Assembly: GCA_002345825.1 (NCBI GenBank)
Contig: DDWD01000212.1
Coordinates: 3,778-67,777, forward strand
From: Bacteroidales bacterium UBA2295
GTDB taxonomy: Bacteria > Bacteroidota > Bacteroidia > Bacteroidales > Tenuifilaceae
Length of the DNA stretch: 64,000 nt
Reading direction: 5' to 3'
The stretch's first letter is position 1. Every line of letters starts with the position of its first letter. The notes beneath the pieces are model-generated. The model was not told where the DNA came from. It did no database searches and was given only the letters and a program-made list of their open reading frames with translations. The translations under genes and the position numbers were made by a program. Shown piece after piece: positions 17,364-28,082 of the stretch.

Positions 17364-17762
17364 ATGGACGACTCCACGGCCTTACGGAAATTCACAAAAA
17401 AGCTTAGTATTGAATTCATCCTTTTAGGAACTGTTTGTGCTGCTGTGTTTTATTTTTTTGCACAGCAGCACTACTTCCATTTTGCCCCAGCAATTTTTGC
17501 CTACTTTTACCTGCTTAACCTACTCACCTTTTCAATTCTTGTAAAATCGCACAACCAGTCCATGGCTGCCTTCACCAAACGATTTATGATTCTTTCCATG
17601 GCCAAATTTTTCGCATCTCTGGCCTTTGCCACTACTTTCATCATTTTTGCTCGCGAACATACAATTCCCTTTCTGGTGATTTTTATCATCCTCTACTTCC
17701 TGTCTCTATTTCAATTAGTTCGAGAGTTCCAAACATTCCTCAGCCAAAAAAAAGGTGAATAG
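17364..17762 (+). CDS. Small 4-TM membrane protein, AtpZ/AtpI-like (ATP synthase protein I position)
   Basis: 132 aa and hydrophobic, immediately upstream of atpB. Assigned from position and topology. Confidence 0.5.
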   Translation: MDDSTALRKFTKKLSIEFILLGTVCAAVFYFFAQQHYFHFAPAIFAYFYLLNLLTFSILVKSHNQSMAAFTKRFMILSMAKFFASLAFATTFIIFAREHTIPFLVIFIILYFLSLFQLVREFQTFLSQKKGE

Positions 17763-17818
17763 CCGCTGTTTTACCATTTAAAGTTTCTAATTTTGAGTTC
17801 GGTGTAAATTCAAAATAC

Positions 17819-18940
17819 ATGAAACTGGGTTTTTCCTTTCTATCCATTGTGCTATGGAGTCTTATAACCATTATCCCTGCCCATTCAGAGGAGATAACAA
17901 TGGCTATTGACTCCAACCAAGAGGCACATCAGTCAGAGGAAAACCACGCCCCCAAAAAGTTTAACCCAGGCGAATTTATTTTCGATCATATTGGCGATGC
18001 CCACGACTGGCACATTGTTACCATTGGGCAAAAACACATTTCGGTTCCCCTACCCATAATACTTTTCAGTAGAACTCGTGGTCAGCTATTCACTTTCTGG
18101 TCGAGTAAATTTCACCACGGACATGATACATACAAGGGCTTTAAGCTTGTAACCGAAGGAGACCTCAAGGGGAAAATTGTGGAGGTTGACGAAAACAGCA
18201 GGATTATTGATAAACCACTGCCCTTAGACTTTTCGATGACAAAGAACGTGGTTGGTATCCTATTCTCTATCTCCCTGCTACTAATTATTTTTATTGGCAT
18301 AGCCAATAAGTATAAGGCAAATCCGCACTCAGCCCCAACAGGAATTCAAAGCCTCATGGAAACGCTTATTCTTTTCGTTCGCGACGATATTGCAAAGCCA
18401 TCTATTGGCAATAAGTATTATTTAAAATTTACACCATTCCTGCTAACCATCTTTTTCTTCATATTTCTGAATAACCTGTTGGGACTAATTCCAATATTCC
18501 CTGCTGGAGCAAATATCACTGGAAATATTGCTGTAACCCTAGTGCTAGCATTTGTGACCCTACTTACTATACTTTTTAATGCAAATAAGAATTTTTGGAA
18601 ACACATTGTAAATCCCCCGGGTGTTCCAATGTTCCTTAAGTTACCCATACCAATAATGCCAGTAGTTGAAGCAGCTAGTTGGATTATTAAGCCTGCCGTA
18701 CTTATGATTCGACTTTTTGCAAACATCCTTGCTGGTCATATGATAGCCCTGGTGCTTTTTGGGCTGATCTTCATTTTTGGAACGGTAAACATATATTATG
18801 GATATGGAATTTCGATAATTTCGATAATGCTTACAGTTTTTATGACCCTGCTCGAACTGTTAGTTGCCTTTATTCAAGCCTTTGTTTTTACCATGCTCAG
18901 CGCCCTATTCCTTGGCATGGCTACCGAAGAACATCACTAG
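17819..18940 (+). CDS. atpB: F0F1 ATP synthase subunit a
   Basis: RLFANILAGHM motif and a multi-pass membrane protein, in operon context. Confidence 0.93.
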   Translation: MKLGFSFLSIVLWSLITIIPAHSEEITMAIDSNQEAHQSEENHAPKKFNPGEFIFDHIGDAHDWHIVTIGQKHISVPLPIILFSRTRGQLFTFWSSKFHHGHDTYKGFKLVTEGDLKGKIVEVDENSRIIDKPLPLDFSMTKNVVGILFSISLLLIIFIGIANKYKANPHSAPTGIQSLMETLILFVRDDIAKPSIGNKYYLKFTPFLLTIFFFIFLNNLLGLIPIFPAGANITGNIAVTLVLAFVTLLTILFNANKNFWKHIVNPPGVPMFLKLPIPIMPVVEAASWIIKPAVLMIRLFANILAGHMIALVLFGLIFIFGTVNIYYGYGISIISIMLTVFMTLLELLVAFIQAFVFTMLSALFLGMATEEHH

Positions 18941-18964
18941 TTATTAACCATAAAAATTACACAC

Positions 18965-19225
18965 ATGACAACACTAATCATTCTATTACAGGCAGCAGCA
19001 TCAGGAGCAGCCCTGGCAAAAATTGGCGCAGCCATAGGGTCGGCCATCGTAGTGTTAGGTGCATCGTTTGGTATTGGCAAAATTGGATCATCTGCACTTG
19101 AATCCATGGCTCGCCAACCCGAAGCAGCTGGCGACATTAGAAGCAGTATGGTAGTTGCAGCCGCACTTATCGAGGGTGTTTCTTTCTTCGCCATCATTAT
19201 CTGTGCACTTGCAATTCTTCTGTAA
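18965..19225 (+). CDS. atpE: F0F1 ATP synthase subunit c
   Basis: 86-aa hairpin with the loop ARQPEAAG and the carboxylate helix ALIEGVSFFAIII. Confidence 0.95.
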   Translation: MTTLIILLQAAASGAALAKIGAAIGSAIVVLGASFGIGKIGSSALESMARQPEAAGDIRSSMVVAAALIEGVSFFAIIICALAILL

Positions 19226-19244
19226 TCATTAAAATCTCGAAGCT

Positions 19245-19742
19245 ATGGGTTTAATAACTCCCGATTATGGCCTCTTGTTCTGGATGCTGGTTTCCTTTAG
19301 TATTCTTGTGTTTCTACTAAAGAAATTTGCTTGGAAACAGATTATCAACAGCATAAAGAGCCGAGAAGAAGAGGTGTCCAAAGCTCTTCGTGAAGCAGAG
19401 TATGCCCGTAACGAGGTGGCTAAACTTGAGGAGCGACAGGCACAAGTAATAGCCAAGGCCCAAGCCGAAAGAGAAAGCATTTTGGCCCAAGCCAAAAAGA
19501 CAAAAGAGAAGATAATTGAGGACGCTAACAATAAATCGCTGAAGGATTCGCAAAGAATGATTGACCAAGCGAGAGAAACTATCAGGCGTGAAAAGGAAGC
19601 CGCTCAGCAGGAGTTAAGGGCTTACACCTCAAGCATTGTTATTCAGGCCACGGAGCGTATCCTTCGCAAAGAGCTTGAAGACAAAGGGAAATACGAAGAT
19701 CAGATTAACTCCATTATCAACGAAATTTCAATTCAAAACTAG
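19245..19742 (+). CDS. atpF: F0F1 ATP synthase subunit b
   Basis: N-terminal TM helix followed by a long charged coiled coil, in operon position. Confidence 0.9.
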   Translation: MGLITPDYGLLFWMLVSFSILVFLLKKFAWKQIINSIKSREEEVSKALREAEYARNEVAKLEERQAQVIAKAQAERESILAQAKKTKEKIIEDANNKSLKDSQRMIDQARETIRREKEAAQQELRAYTSSIVIQATERILRKELEDKGKYEDQINSIINEISIQN

Positions 19743-19744
19743 CG

Positions 19745-20284
19745 ATGAATCAGGGAAGGGTTTCGGTTAGCTACGCACGCGCATTGCTCGAGTGGACAAG
19801 TTCAAACAACTTGGCTGGAGAAGTGTACGCCCAATCGAAACAATTTTATCTGTTCATGAACCAAAGCCCGGAGTTTGGCCAGCTGTTAAGTTCGCCAGCA
19901 GTATCCATTGGCCGAAAACAACAAGTGATTGAAACTTTAGTTGCCGAATTTGCTCCACAACTATCAAGGCTTATCACGGTTGTTTTGAAAAAACGAAGGG
20001 AAAACCAACTGCCCTATATTCTTTTGATGTTCCAAAAGCTCTATCGAGCTAAGTTTGGAATAGCCAGGGTGCAGATTGAGAGTTCAACCAAACTTAGCAA
20101 CGATTCAATAAAAGGAATCGTGAGCTATTTAAAATCCAAGCTGGGTAAAGAAATTGAAATTGAACAAAAGGTTAATCCGGCACTGATTGGCGGTTTCACG
20201 CTTACCATTGATGACCTGTTTATGGACAGAAGCGTTAAGGGCGAGCTGGAGCTATTCAGTAAAAAATTATTGGGAATTGTATAG
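19745..20284 (+). CDS. atpH: F0F1 ATP synthase subunit delta
   Basis: 179 aa, OSCP-like (VNPALIGGFTLTIDDLFMDRSVKGEL), located between atpF and atpA. Confidence 0.9.
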   Translation: MNQGRVSVSYARALLEWTSSNNLAGEVYAQSKQFYLFMNQSPEFGQLLSSPAVSIGRKQQVIETLVAEFAPQLSRLITVVLKKRRENQLPYILLMFQKLYRAKFGIARVQIESSTKLSNDSIKGIVSYLKSKLGKEIEIEQKVNPALIGGFTLTIDDLFMDRSVKGELELFSKKLLGIV

Positions 20285-20297
20285 TTAAAGTATCACT

Positions 20298-21878
20298 ATG
20301 GCAGATATAAAGGCATCAGAGGTATCGGAGGTTCTTAGAAAAGAACTAGAGGGCATTGACATGAAGTCCGGGTTCGAGGAGGTAGGCACAGTACTCCAGG
20401 TGGGCGATGGTATTGCCCGAGTATTTGGTCTTTCCAATGTTCGATCCAACGAGCTGGTAGAGTTCGAGTCGGGAGTAATGGGCATTGTGCTTAACCTTGA
20501 GGAGGATAATGTGGGCGTTGTACTACTTGGATCCTCTGATTCTATCCGCGAAGGCTTTAGAGTTAAGCGAACAAACCATATCGCATCAATTTATGTGGGC
20601 AACGGTTTGCTTGGTCGTGTGGTGAATACTCTTGGCGAACCCATTGATGGCAAAGGCCCCATATCGGGCGAAACTTACGAAATGCCGCTCGAACGTAAGG
20701 CACCCGGGGTAATATACCGCCAACCCGTAAGCGAGCCCTTGCAAACAGGCATTAAAGCCATTGATGCGATGATCCCCATAGGGAGAGGACAGCGCGAACT
20801 AATTATTGGCGATCGCCAAACAGGGAAAACGGCCATTGCAATTGATACAATCCTTAACCAACGTTACTTGTTTGATAAGGGCGAACCCGTGTACTGTATT
20901 TACGTTGCAATTGGTCAAAAAGGATCAACCGTGGCCAGCATAGCCAACACCCTTACCCGCTACGGAGCAATGGACTATACTGTAATCGTATCGGCAACAG
21001 CATCTGACCCCGCCGCACAACAATTCTACGCACCATTTGCAGGTGCAGCCATAGGTGAGTTTTTCCGCGACACGGGTCGACACGCTCTGGTAATTTTCGA
21101 TGACCTTTCGAAACAAGCAGTTTCGTACCGCGAAGTTTCGCTGCTGCTGCGCCGCCCACCCGGACGCGAAGCATATCCTGGCGATGTATTCTATCTGCAT
21201 AGTCGGCTACTAGAGCGCGCAGCAAAAATCATCAACTCCGATGAGATTGCCGCTCAGATGAACGATCTGCCCGAATCCATAAGACCCCTTGTTAAGGGAG
21301 GTGGATCGCTCACAGCACTTCCCATAATTGAGACTCAGGCTGGCGATGTTTCGGCATACATTCCAACCAATGTTATCTCCATTACCGATGGTCAGATTTT
21401 CCTCGAATCGAATCTTTTCAACAGCGGTGTGCGACCAGCCATTAACGTGGGAATCTCGGTATCGCGTGTTGGCGGAAAAGCTCAAATTAAATCGATGAAA
21501 AAGGTAGCCGGTACGCTAAAACTCGACCAAGCACAGTACCGCGAGTTGGAAGCTTTTGCCAAGTTTGGATCGGATCTCGATGCCGCCACGCTGAATGTAC
21601 TCGACAAGGGCTCGAAAAACGTTGAGATATTGAAACAGGGCGAGAATAGCCCCCTACCCATTGAGGAGCAAATAGCAATTATATACTGTGGTACAATGGG
21701 GCTTCTCAAGAGTATCCCGGTTGATAAGGTTAGAAAGTTTGAAGCAGCGTTTCTTGAAAGAATCAGAACGTCTCACCCCGGGATGCTGGCAAAGATTGCT
21801 GGAGGAGAATTTTCCGATGAATTCGCCGAAACTATTACCAACGTTGCCAAGGAGGTATCGATAAATTTTGCAAAATAA
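20298..21878 (+). CDS. atpA: F0F1 ATP synthase subunit alpha
   Basis: Walker A GDRQTGKT plus [20 protein letters not shown] and other alpha-subunit signatures. Confidence 0.97.
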   Translation: MADIKASEVSEVLRKELEGIDMKSGFEEVGTVLQVGDGIARVFGLSNVRSNELVEFESGVMGIVLNLEEDNVGVVLLGSSDSIREGFRVKRTNHIASIYVGNGLLGRVVNTLGEPIDGKGPISGETYEMPLERKAPGVIYRQPVSEPLQTGIKAIDAMIPIGRGQRELIIGDRQTGKTAIAIDTILNQRYLFDKGEPVYCIYVAIGQKGSTVASIANTLTRYGAMDYTVIVSATASDPAAQQFYAPFAGAAIGEFFRDTGRHALVIFDDLSKQAVSYREVSLLLRRPPGREAYPGDVFYLHSRLLERAAKIINSDEIAAQMNDLPESIRPLVKGGGSLTALPIIETQAGDVSAYIPTNVISITDGQIFLESNLFNSGVRPAINVGISVSRVGGKAQIKSMKKVAGTLKLDQAQYRELEAFAKFGSDLDAATLNVLDKGSKNVEILKQGENSPLPIEEQIAIIYCGTMGLLKSIPVDKVRKFEAAFLERIRTSHPGMLAKIAGGEFSDEFAETITNVAKEVSINFAK

Positions 21879-21881
21879 GCT

Positions 21882-22772
21882 ATGGCTGGGCTAAAAGAAA
21901 TACGCACAAGGATTAATTCCATCGCATCGACGCAGAAGATTACTAGCGCCATGAAGATGGTTTCGGCGGCAAAGTTCCATAAGGCCCAAGATACATTCTT
22001 CCGATTTAAGCAGTACTCCAATAAGGTTGATGAGGTGTTGCAACAGGTAGCCTCAACTGCTCATGATCCATCGGTAAGCAAATGGTTTAAAAAACAAAAA
22101 AACACGCGTAATATTGCGCTGGTTGTACTATCCTCAAACTCGAGCATGTGCGCTGGTTTTAACCAAAACTTGGCCAAAAAGATTGTGGAAGATGGTGCGA
22201 AAACCCTAGGAAGTGCATGGGGAACCGACGGGCTTACAATATTTGGTCTGGGGAAAAAGGGTGCCGATATACTATCCAAAAAAGGGATTAGCATTAACCT
22301 TACCGATTCAGAAATTACGATATCGCCCAACTTTGATGATACGGCCAGCTTCTGTGAGCAGCATATACTAACCCCATTTAATGATGGCACCTACGATGCA
22401 GTATACATTGCTTACAACGAGTTCCGTAATCCAGCAGTACAAGTGCCAACCATTATTCAGTATTTACCCTACAAACTGCCAGAGGGTATTGAAAAATCTT
22501 CGAACGAAAGCGACAATTTCGTCTTTGAGCCCAACAGGGAAGATATTTTGAAGGTAATTATCCCCATGGCACTAAAAACATCTTTTTACGAGCTGATCCT
22601 GGAGAATTCGATTGGAGAGCATGGTGCCCGAATGACGGCAATGCATCAGGCCACCGAGAATGCCATTGAGCTAAGCAAGCAGCTTAAGCTGCAATACAAC
22701 AAGGCACGGCAGGCAGCCATTACTAAAGAAATCCTTGAGATTGTGTCGGGCGCCGAGGCGCTAAGGGGCTAA
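21882..22772 (+). CDS. atpG: F0F1 ATP synthase subunit gamma
   Basis: N-terminus MAGLKEIRTRINSI..TQKIT.AMKMVSAAK and C-terminus ITKEILEIVSGAEAL. Confidence 0.95.
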   Translation: MAGLKEIRTRINSIASTQKITSAMKMVSAAKFHKAQDTFFRFKQYSNKVDEVLQQVASTAHDPSVSKWFKKQKNTRNIALVVLSSNSSMCAGFNQNLAKKIVEDGAKTLGSAWGTDGLTIFGLGKKGADILSKKGISINLTDSEITISPNFDDTASFCEQHILTPFNDGTYDAVYIAYNEFRNPAVQVPTIIQYLPYKLPEGIEKSSNESDNFVFEPNREDILKVIIPMALKTSFYELILENSIGEHGARMTAMHQATENAIELSKQLKLQYNKARQAAITKEILEIVSGAEALRG

Positions 22773-22779
22773 AAAGCCC

Positions 22780-24504
22780 CTATTTCTGTAATACCGCCTT
22801 TTTAACAGGCTGGTTAATCTCAGCAATATCTTCCGAAACATTTATAATGTAATCGGCCAGTTTCTCTGCTTCGGAGAACAGATCGTTATAAATTACTCCC
22901 GCCTGGTATTTGTACTTCTCCTCCTCAACATTTTTCAGGTGTTGCTTGCGCAGCTTGTTTCTAAACTGGTTAATTTTTTCTTCTGCTTCGTAGGCTGGTC
23001 CCAAATTGATGCCACTATAACTGCCGTCAAGATTGTCAAGCATAATCACATAAGCCTCCTCAACCAGTTCAAACATGTAGTTAAGGTTATCGCGAACCTC
23101 CTGATTAAACCATATGTTTGCCTTTCGCTTACGACGCATCGTTTTAGCCAAGTTGTAGTTACTATCCGATACGCTCTCGATATCGTTAATAATGTTAAAC
23201 ATAGCCTGCAGGCGCTTTGAGCTCTCGTCGCTCAAATCATGCACTGATATCTTGGTAAGGTAAGTTGCAATTTCAACCTCAACCCTATCGCTTATCTCCT
23301 CGTACTTTTCAATTCTATCGAACAACTCCTTAAACTTTTTCTCGTTGGTTTCAACAAACATATCTTTGAAAAAACCATACATCTTATGGCTTCGCTTGGC
23401 GTAGGTAACTATCTCCTTTTTGGCCTGAATGAGTGACAGTTCTGCTGTAGAAAGCAAACCAATATTGATATGCTGCAAGCGGAATTCTTCCTCCTCGCCT
23501 TTGCGGGAGGGGACTAGCTTGGTTACAATATTTACGATATAGGGCGTAAAGAATACCAATAAGAAGGTGTTTATGATATTAAATGCCGAGTGAAAAATGG
23601 AAAGTGCAACGGGAACACTCTCGTGATTGGCAGGGTCGAAAGGATCCTGTCCACCCATTTCCACAACAAAGCTGGCCACGTTATTCAAGAAAAATTTGAA
23701 AATAAACAACATCCACACCACACCAAACATATTGAAGATAAGGTGCGCGCGGGCCGTTCGTTTGGCCGAGACATTGGCAACCGCTGCAGCAATGTTAGCC
23801 GTAATGGTTGTACCAATATTTTCGCCCAATACCATGGCAGCAGCCAGCTCAAAGCTTATCCACCCACTATTACACATCACTAGAGTAAGAGCCATTGTGG
23901 CGCTTGATGATTGGATAACCACAGTAAGAATGGTTCCAATGGCGACAAAGAGTAGCAGAGAGAAAATCCCGCTATCGGTATAGTTCGAGAGGAAGGCAAG
24001 TATCTCGGGGCTTTCGCTAATGTTGGGAACAGAGTTTTTCAGAAAATCGAGCCCTAAAAACAAAAGGGCAAACCCCACCATAAGTTCTCCCCAAGATCTA
24101 CGACTGTGATTTTTACTAAAAACCAACGGAAAACCAATGCCAATCAAAGGCAAAGAAATGGCGCTAATGGAAAATTTGAACCCCAAAAGCGATATTAACC
24201 AAGCGGTAAATGTTGTGCCAATATTAGCTCCCATTATCACACCCACCGACTGGGTTAAGGAGATTAGGCCGGCATTAACAAAGCTAACCAGCATTACGGT
24301 TGTAGCAGAACTCGATTGAACCACAGTAGTTACTATCAACCCGGTAAGAATTCCTTTGAATCGGTTGGATGTCATAGCAGCCAGAATATTTCGCATTCTA
24401 TCGCCAGCCACCTTTTGTAACGACTCACTTAGCATTTTCATTCCGAACAAGAAAAGCCCCAGGGAGCCCACCAGGGTTAGAAACTGGATCAAACTGTAGT
24501 TCAT
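22780..24504 (-). CDS. Na/Pi cotransporter family protein with C-terminal PhoU-like domain
   Basis: Duplicated QSSSAT motifs (VVQSSSATTVM and VIQSSSATMAL) in a polytopic N-terminal region, plus a helical cytoplasmic C-terminal half. Confidence 0.9.
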   Translation of the reverse strand: MNYSLIQFLTLVGSLGLFLFGMKMLSESLQKVAGDRMRNILAAMTSNRFKGILTGLIVTTVVQSSSATTVMLVSFVNAGLISLTQSVGVIMGANIGTTFTAWLISLLGFKFSISAISLPLIGIGFPLVFSKNHSRRSWGELMVGFALLFLGLDFLKNSVPNISESPEILAFLSNYTDSGIFSLLLFVAIGTILTVVIQSSSATMALTLVMCNSGWISFELAAAMVLGENIGTTITANIAAAVANVSAKRTARAHLIFNMFGVVWMLFIFKFFLNNVASFVVEMGGQDPFDPANHESVPVALSIFHSAFNIINTFLLVFFTPYIVNIVTKLVPSRKGEEEEFRLQHINIGLLSTAELSLIQAKKEIVTYAKRSHKMYGFFKDMFVETNEKKFKELFDRIEKYEEISDRVEVEIATYLTKISVHDLSDESSKRLQAMFNIINDIESVSDSNYNLAKTMRRKRKANIWFNQEVRDNLNYMFELVEEAYVIMLDNLDGSYSGINLGPAYEAEEKINQFRNKLRKQHLKNVEEEKYKYQAGVIYNDLFSEAEKLADYIINVSEDIAEINQPVKKAVLQK

Positions 24505-24647
24505 ACTTTTACATTTTTAAAAGGAGCGTAAAAATAGATATTCAAAATAGTATACACACATAATCCAATGTTAACTTAAAGCTAATTATTCAACGATGCA
24601 AACCTTTTGATACAAATTTTGATCATTAGTTGTTAACCCAAAATTAT

Positions 24648-24655
24648 TACCTTTG
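24648..24655 (+). promoter_or_regulatory. -7 promoter box TACCTTTG
   Basis: TAnnTTTG match 22 nt upstream of ATG 24677. The ORF-track start at 24653 lies inside the box. Confidence 0.5.
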
Positions 24656-24676
24656 CGGCATTATTTTTTGCAAGTT

Positions 24677-26995
24677 ATGGCTTTTCAATTTTTGGCTCGA
24701 TTTATTCTTCGTAACAGGTTGTTCATTCTGATCACGGTTGGTGTAATCACCGCCTTTATGGCGTATATGATCACATCGCTGAGGTTTAACTACGAACCCA
24801 CCCCACTACTCCCGTCTACCGATAGCTTATTGATACAGCATAAAAATTACACCCAGCTGTTTGGTAAGGGCGAGAACATGATGGTTATTGGTGTGCAGGA
24901 TGATAATTTTTTTAGCAAGGAGAATTTGAGAGAATGGCAAAAGCTCGAGGCCGAACTTTTGGCAATTGACGGGGTGGAACAGGTTTTTTCCATTTTCGAC
25001 ATCTATTCTCTCGACAGGAATACCCAGGAAAAGGTTTTTGAATTCAACAGGGTATTCCCCTTAGATTTTAATGAGACTAACGTAGACTCGTTAAAGGACG
25101 TTGCCCTATCGTTACCATTTTACGAAGATCTCATATACAATAAAGAGAACAACGTATACCTGATGATGCTTACCCTGCGATATGAGAAGATAAGCACGCC
25201 AATCAGGATACCCTTTATGGAATCGATACTAGAAACCTGCACAAATTACGAAAAGAGCACAGGAAAAGAACTTCGATACTCGGGATTGCCATACATAAGA
25301 ATTACCGTGGGCGAAATGATAAAGGGTGAAATGATTATGTTCATCTTTTTGGCCGTAATTATTACTGCGGTTATCATATACCTACTATTCAAATCGTTTC
25401 GGATAATGATGTTCGTGCTGCTAGTTGTGGCAACCTCAGTTGTATGGGGGCTGGGCATTATGTCGCTTTTGGGCTATGAAATAACCCTACTCACAGCGGT
25501 TATTCCTCCGTTAATAATCGTAATTGGAGTCCCCAACTGCGTGTATCTGCTCAATAAGTATCATCATGAGTACAGCGTTCATGGCAATAAGATTAAGGCC
25601 CTACAACGGGTAATTCAAAAAATTGGTAGCGCAACATTCCTAACCAACCTAACCACAGCAGCCGGTTTTGGAACATTTATGTTTACCAGCATCAATATTC
25701 TAACCGAATTTGGACTGGTTGCCGCACTGGACATAATGGTAGTTTTTGTAATATCGCTGCTGCTAATCCCTACAATATTTAGCTTTTTGCCCCCACCCGA
25801 ACCCCGACACCTTCAGCATCTGGAGAGTTCTAGGGTACGAAATGCCATTACACGAGTAATTGTTATTGGCCTTTACCGCCGTAAAATTGTTTTTGCCCTC
25901 ACATCATTACTGGTCATCTTCGGCCTTTGGGGTTTATCTAGAGTTCAAAGTTTGGGTTTTATGGTGGACGATATCCCCAAGAACCATACGGTTTATATCG
26001 ATTTAAAATTTTTTGAGAAGAATTTTTCGGGCGTTATGCCTTTCGAAATAATTGTTGATACCGATGCACCGCGGGGCGTATTGCAGGCAAAAACGTTAAA
26101 CCGAATAAACTCCCTGCAGGAAAAGCTTAAGGAGTATCCAGAACTCTCTAAACCCCTATCTGTTGTCGAAGCAGCTAAGTTTGCAAGGCAAGGCTATTAC
26201 AACGGCAGTAAAAGTCAATATCGATTACCCTATGGGCCAGAGCGGAACTTCATCCTCTCGTATCTACCAAAAAAAGCGGGAAACAACCAAATGCTGAATA
26301 GGTTTGTAGATTCAACCGCAAGCATTACCCGTGTAATATACAACGTTGCCGACATTGGCTCAATTAGGGTAAAGGAACTTAAAGACAGGATTAGAGTTGA
26401 TGTGGACTCGATTTTTGGTGAAGATTCGGGCAAAGTAGCCATTTCTGGGGGGAGCGTAATTGCGGCAAAGGGTAACGACTATCTAGTTCGAAGTCTTTTT
26501 GTTAGCCTTATGGCAGCCATTGCCATCATATCTGTATTCATGATATGGATGTTTAGAAAAGGGAAAATGGTATTGCTCTCAATCTTACCAAACCTTATTC
26601 CACTGCTATTTACGGCTGCAGCAATGGGATTTATTGGAATACCACTCAAGCCCAGCACTGTAATTGTATTTAGCATAGCTTTTGGTATTTCTGTAGATAA
26701 CTCTATCCACTTCCTCGCAAAGTACCGGCAAGAGTTGGCACGTACCCGAAACAACCAAAAAGCCTCGGTACTGTGTGCAATTCGAGAAACAGGTGTAAGT
26801 ATGATATATACTTCCATTGTGCTCTTTTTTGGCTTTGGAATATTTATCGCATCGAAATTTGGAGGAACCGTTTCGCTAGGTTTACTGGTTTCGCTAACGC
26901 TGTTAATTGCGCTTTTTAGTAACCTCATTCTCCTTCCTTCCGTTTTACTATCCTTTTCAAAGCACAATAAGGAAGAATCGAATTGTTTACAATAA
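24677..26995 (+). CDS. MMPL/RND-superfamily transporter (sterol-sensing-domain type)
   Basis: Two repeats of TM1, a large loop and a 5-TM bundle (12 TM in total). Start moved to ATG 24677 (MAFQFLARF). Confidence 0.8.
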   Translation: MAFQFLARFILRNRLFILITVGVITAFMAYMITSLRFNYEPTPLLPSTDSLLIQHKNYTQLFGKGENMMVIGVQDDNFFSKENLREWQKLEAELLAIDGVEQVFSIFDIYSLDRNTQEKVFEFNRVFPLDFNETNVDSLKDVALSLPFYEDLIYNKENNVYLMMLTLRYEKISTPIRIPFMESILETCTNYEKSTGKELRYSGLPYIRITVGEMIKGEMIMFIFLAVIITAVIIYLLFKSFRIMMFVLLVVATSVVWGLGIMSLLGYEITLLTAVIPPLIIVIGVPNCVYLLNKYHHEYSVHGNKIKALQRVIQKIGSATFLTNLTTAAGFGTFMFTSINILTEFGLVAALDIMVVFVISLLLIPTIFSFLPPPEPRHLQHLESSRVRNAITRVIVIGLYRRKIVFALTSLLVIFGLWGLSRVQSLGFMVDDIPKNHTVYIDLKFFEKNFSGVMPFEIIVDTDAPRGVLQAKTLNRINSLQEKLKEYPELSKPLSVVEAAKFARQGYYNGSKSQYRLPYGPERNFILSYLPKKAGNNQMLNRFVDSTASITRVIYNVADIGSIRVKELKDRIRVDVDSIFGEDSGKVAISGGSVIAAKGNDYLVRSLFVSLMAAIAIISVFMIWMFRKGKMVLLSILPNLIPLLFTAAAMGFIGIPLKPSTVIVFSIAFGISVDNSIHFLAKYRQELARTRNNQKASVLCAIRETGVSMIYTSIVLFFGFGIFIASKFGGTVSLGLLVSLTLLIALFSNLILLPSVLLSFSKHNKEESNCLQ

Positions 26996-27061
26996 AGCCA
27001 TTTTTCATCATCATAATTTTTATACCTTTACATAGCAGTAAAGGATTAACAAATATTTCAA

Positions 27062-28036
27062 ATGTATAGCATTGAAGAATTAACAGACATTGCCGACAAA
27101 GGAATTCATAACATCTCAATTCCTGAGGAACCAAATCGATTGTATGAGCCCATTCGTTACTCCCTTGCCTCGGGTGGAAAGCGGATTAGACCCGTATTGG
27201 TTCTTGCGGCTTGCAATATGTACTCAAACTCAATTGATAAGGCATTATACCCCGCCCTTGCTATAGAGCTTTTCCATAACTTCACCCTTATTCACGATGA
27301 CATAATGGACAAGGCTCCCCTCAGACGAAACCAGCCAACGGTTTATGCCAAGTGGGGTCAGGACATAGCCATCTTGTCGGGTGATGCGCTTAACATTTTA
27401 GCTTATCAACTTTTGGCCAAATCTGACAAAGAAATCCTTGCTCAGGTGCTTAATACTTTTAACAAGATAGCCCTAAGCGTATGCGATGGCCAGCAGTACG
27501 ATATGGATTTTGAAACGGCTCAATATATTACCCAGGAAGAATACCTTAATATGATTGAGCTAAAAACATCGGTGCTACTAAAAGGGGCTATGCAAATTGG
27601 AGGAATTGTTGCTGGTGCTTCCCAGTCCGACATTATTAAGCTGGGCGAGTTTGGGCTAAACCTTGGACTTGCTTTTCAACTGCAGGACGATCTGCTTGAT
27701 GCCTTTGGAAACTCGAACACGTTTGGGAAAAAAATTGGGGGCGATATTGTGGCCAACAAAAAAACCTTCCTAACCATCAAGGCATTTAGCTTGGCCAAGG
27801 GCAAGTCGCTCGAGCTGCTTAGCAGCTACTTCAAAGCTCAAAATGTTGATCCAATACAGAAGGTTCAGGAAGTGCTGAAAATTTACAATGAACTTGAGGT
27901 AAAGCATGAAACAGAATCAAAGATCAACGAATATTTTGATAATGCCTTGGTTGCTTTAGAAAAGATCAATATAAGTAGTGAGAAAAAAACGGTACTTCTC
28001 TCCCTCGCACAGAAAATGATGAACAGGGACCGGTAG
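27062..28036 (+). CDS. Polyprenyl diphosphate synthase (trans-IPPS, FPP/GGPP synthase family)
   Basis: First Asp-rich motif LIHDDIMD and second Asp-rich motif QLQDDLLD. Confidence 0.92.
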   Translation: MYSIEELTDIADKGIHNISIPEEPNRLYEPIRYSLASGGKRIRPVLVLAACNMYSNSIDKALYPALAIELFHNFTLIHDDIMDKAPLRRNQPTVYAKWGQDIAILSGDALNILAYQLLAKSDKEILAQVLNTFNKIALSVCDGQQYDMDFETAQYITQEEYLNMIELKTSVLLKGAMQIGGIVAGASQSDIIKLGEFGLNLGLAFQLQDDLLDAFGNSNTFGKKIGGDIVANKKTFLTIKAFSLAKGKSLELLSSYFKAQNVDPIQKVQEVLKIYNELEVKHETESKINEYFDNALVALEKINISSEKKTVLLSLAQKMMNRDR

Positions 28037-28082
28037 TGCAATTTATCTTAAATCGTTGCCTAATTATAAATTAATAAAGCAG

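Noticed and set aside
26479-26967. Long antisense ORFs inside well-supported genes: 162 aa in the MMPL gene; also 38341-38742 in ABC-F, 42692-43129 in the Kelch gene, 3329-3781 across mazG/dtd, 20925-21485 in atpA, and 9954-10361 across the HK/AsmA junction
   Set aside because: All lie opposite genes with strong family motifs, have biased low-complexity composition and lack signal or promoter context. They are typical shadow ORFs.
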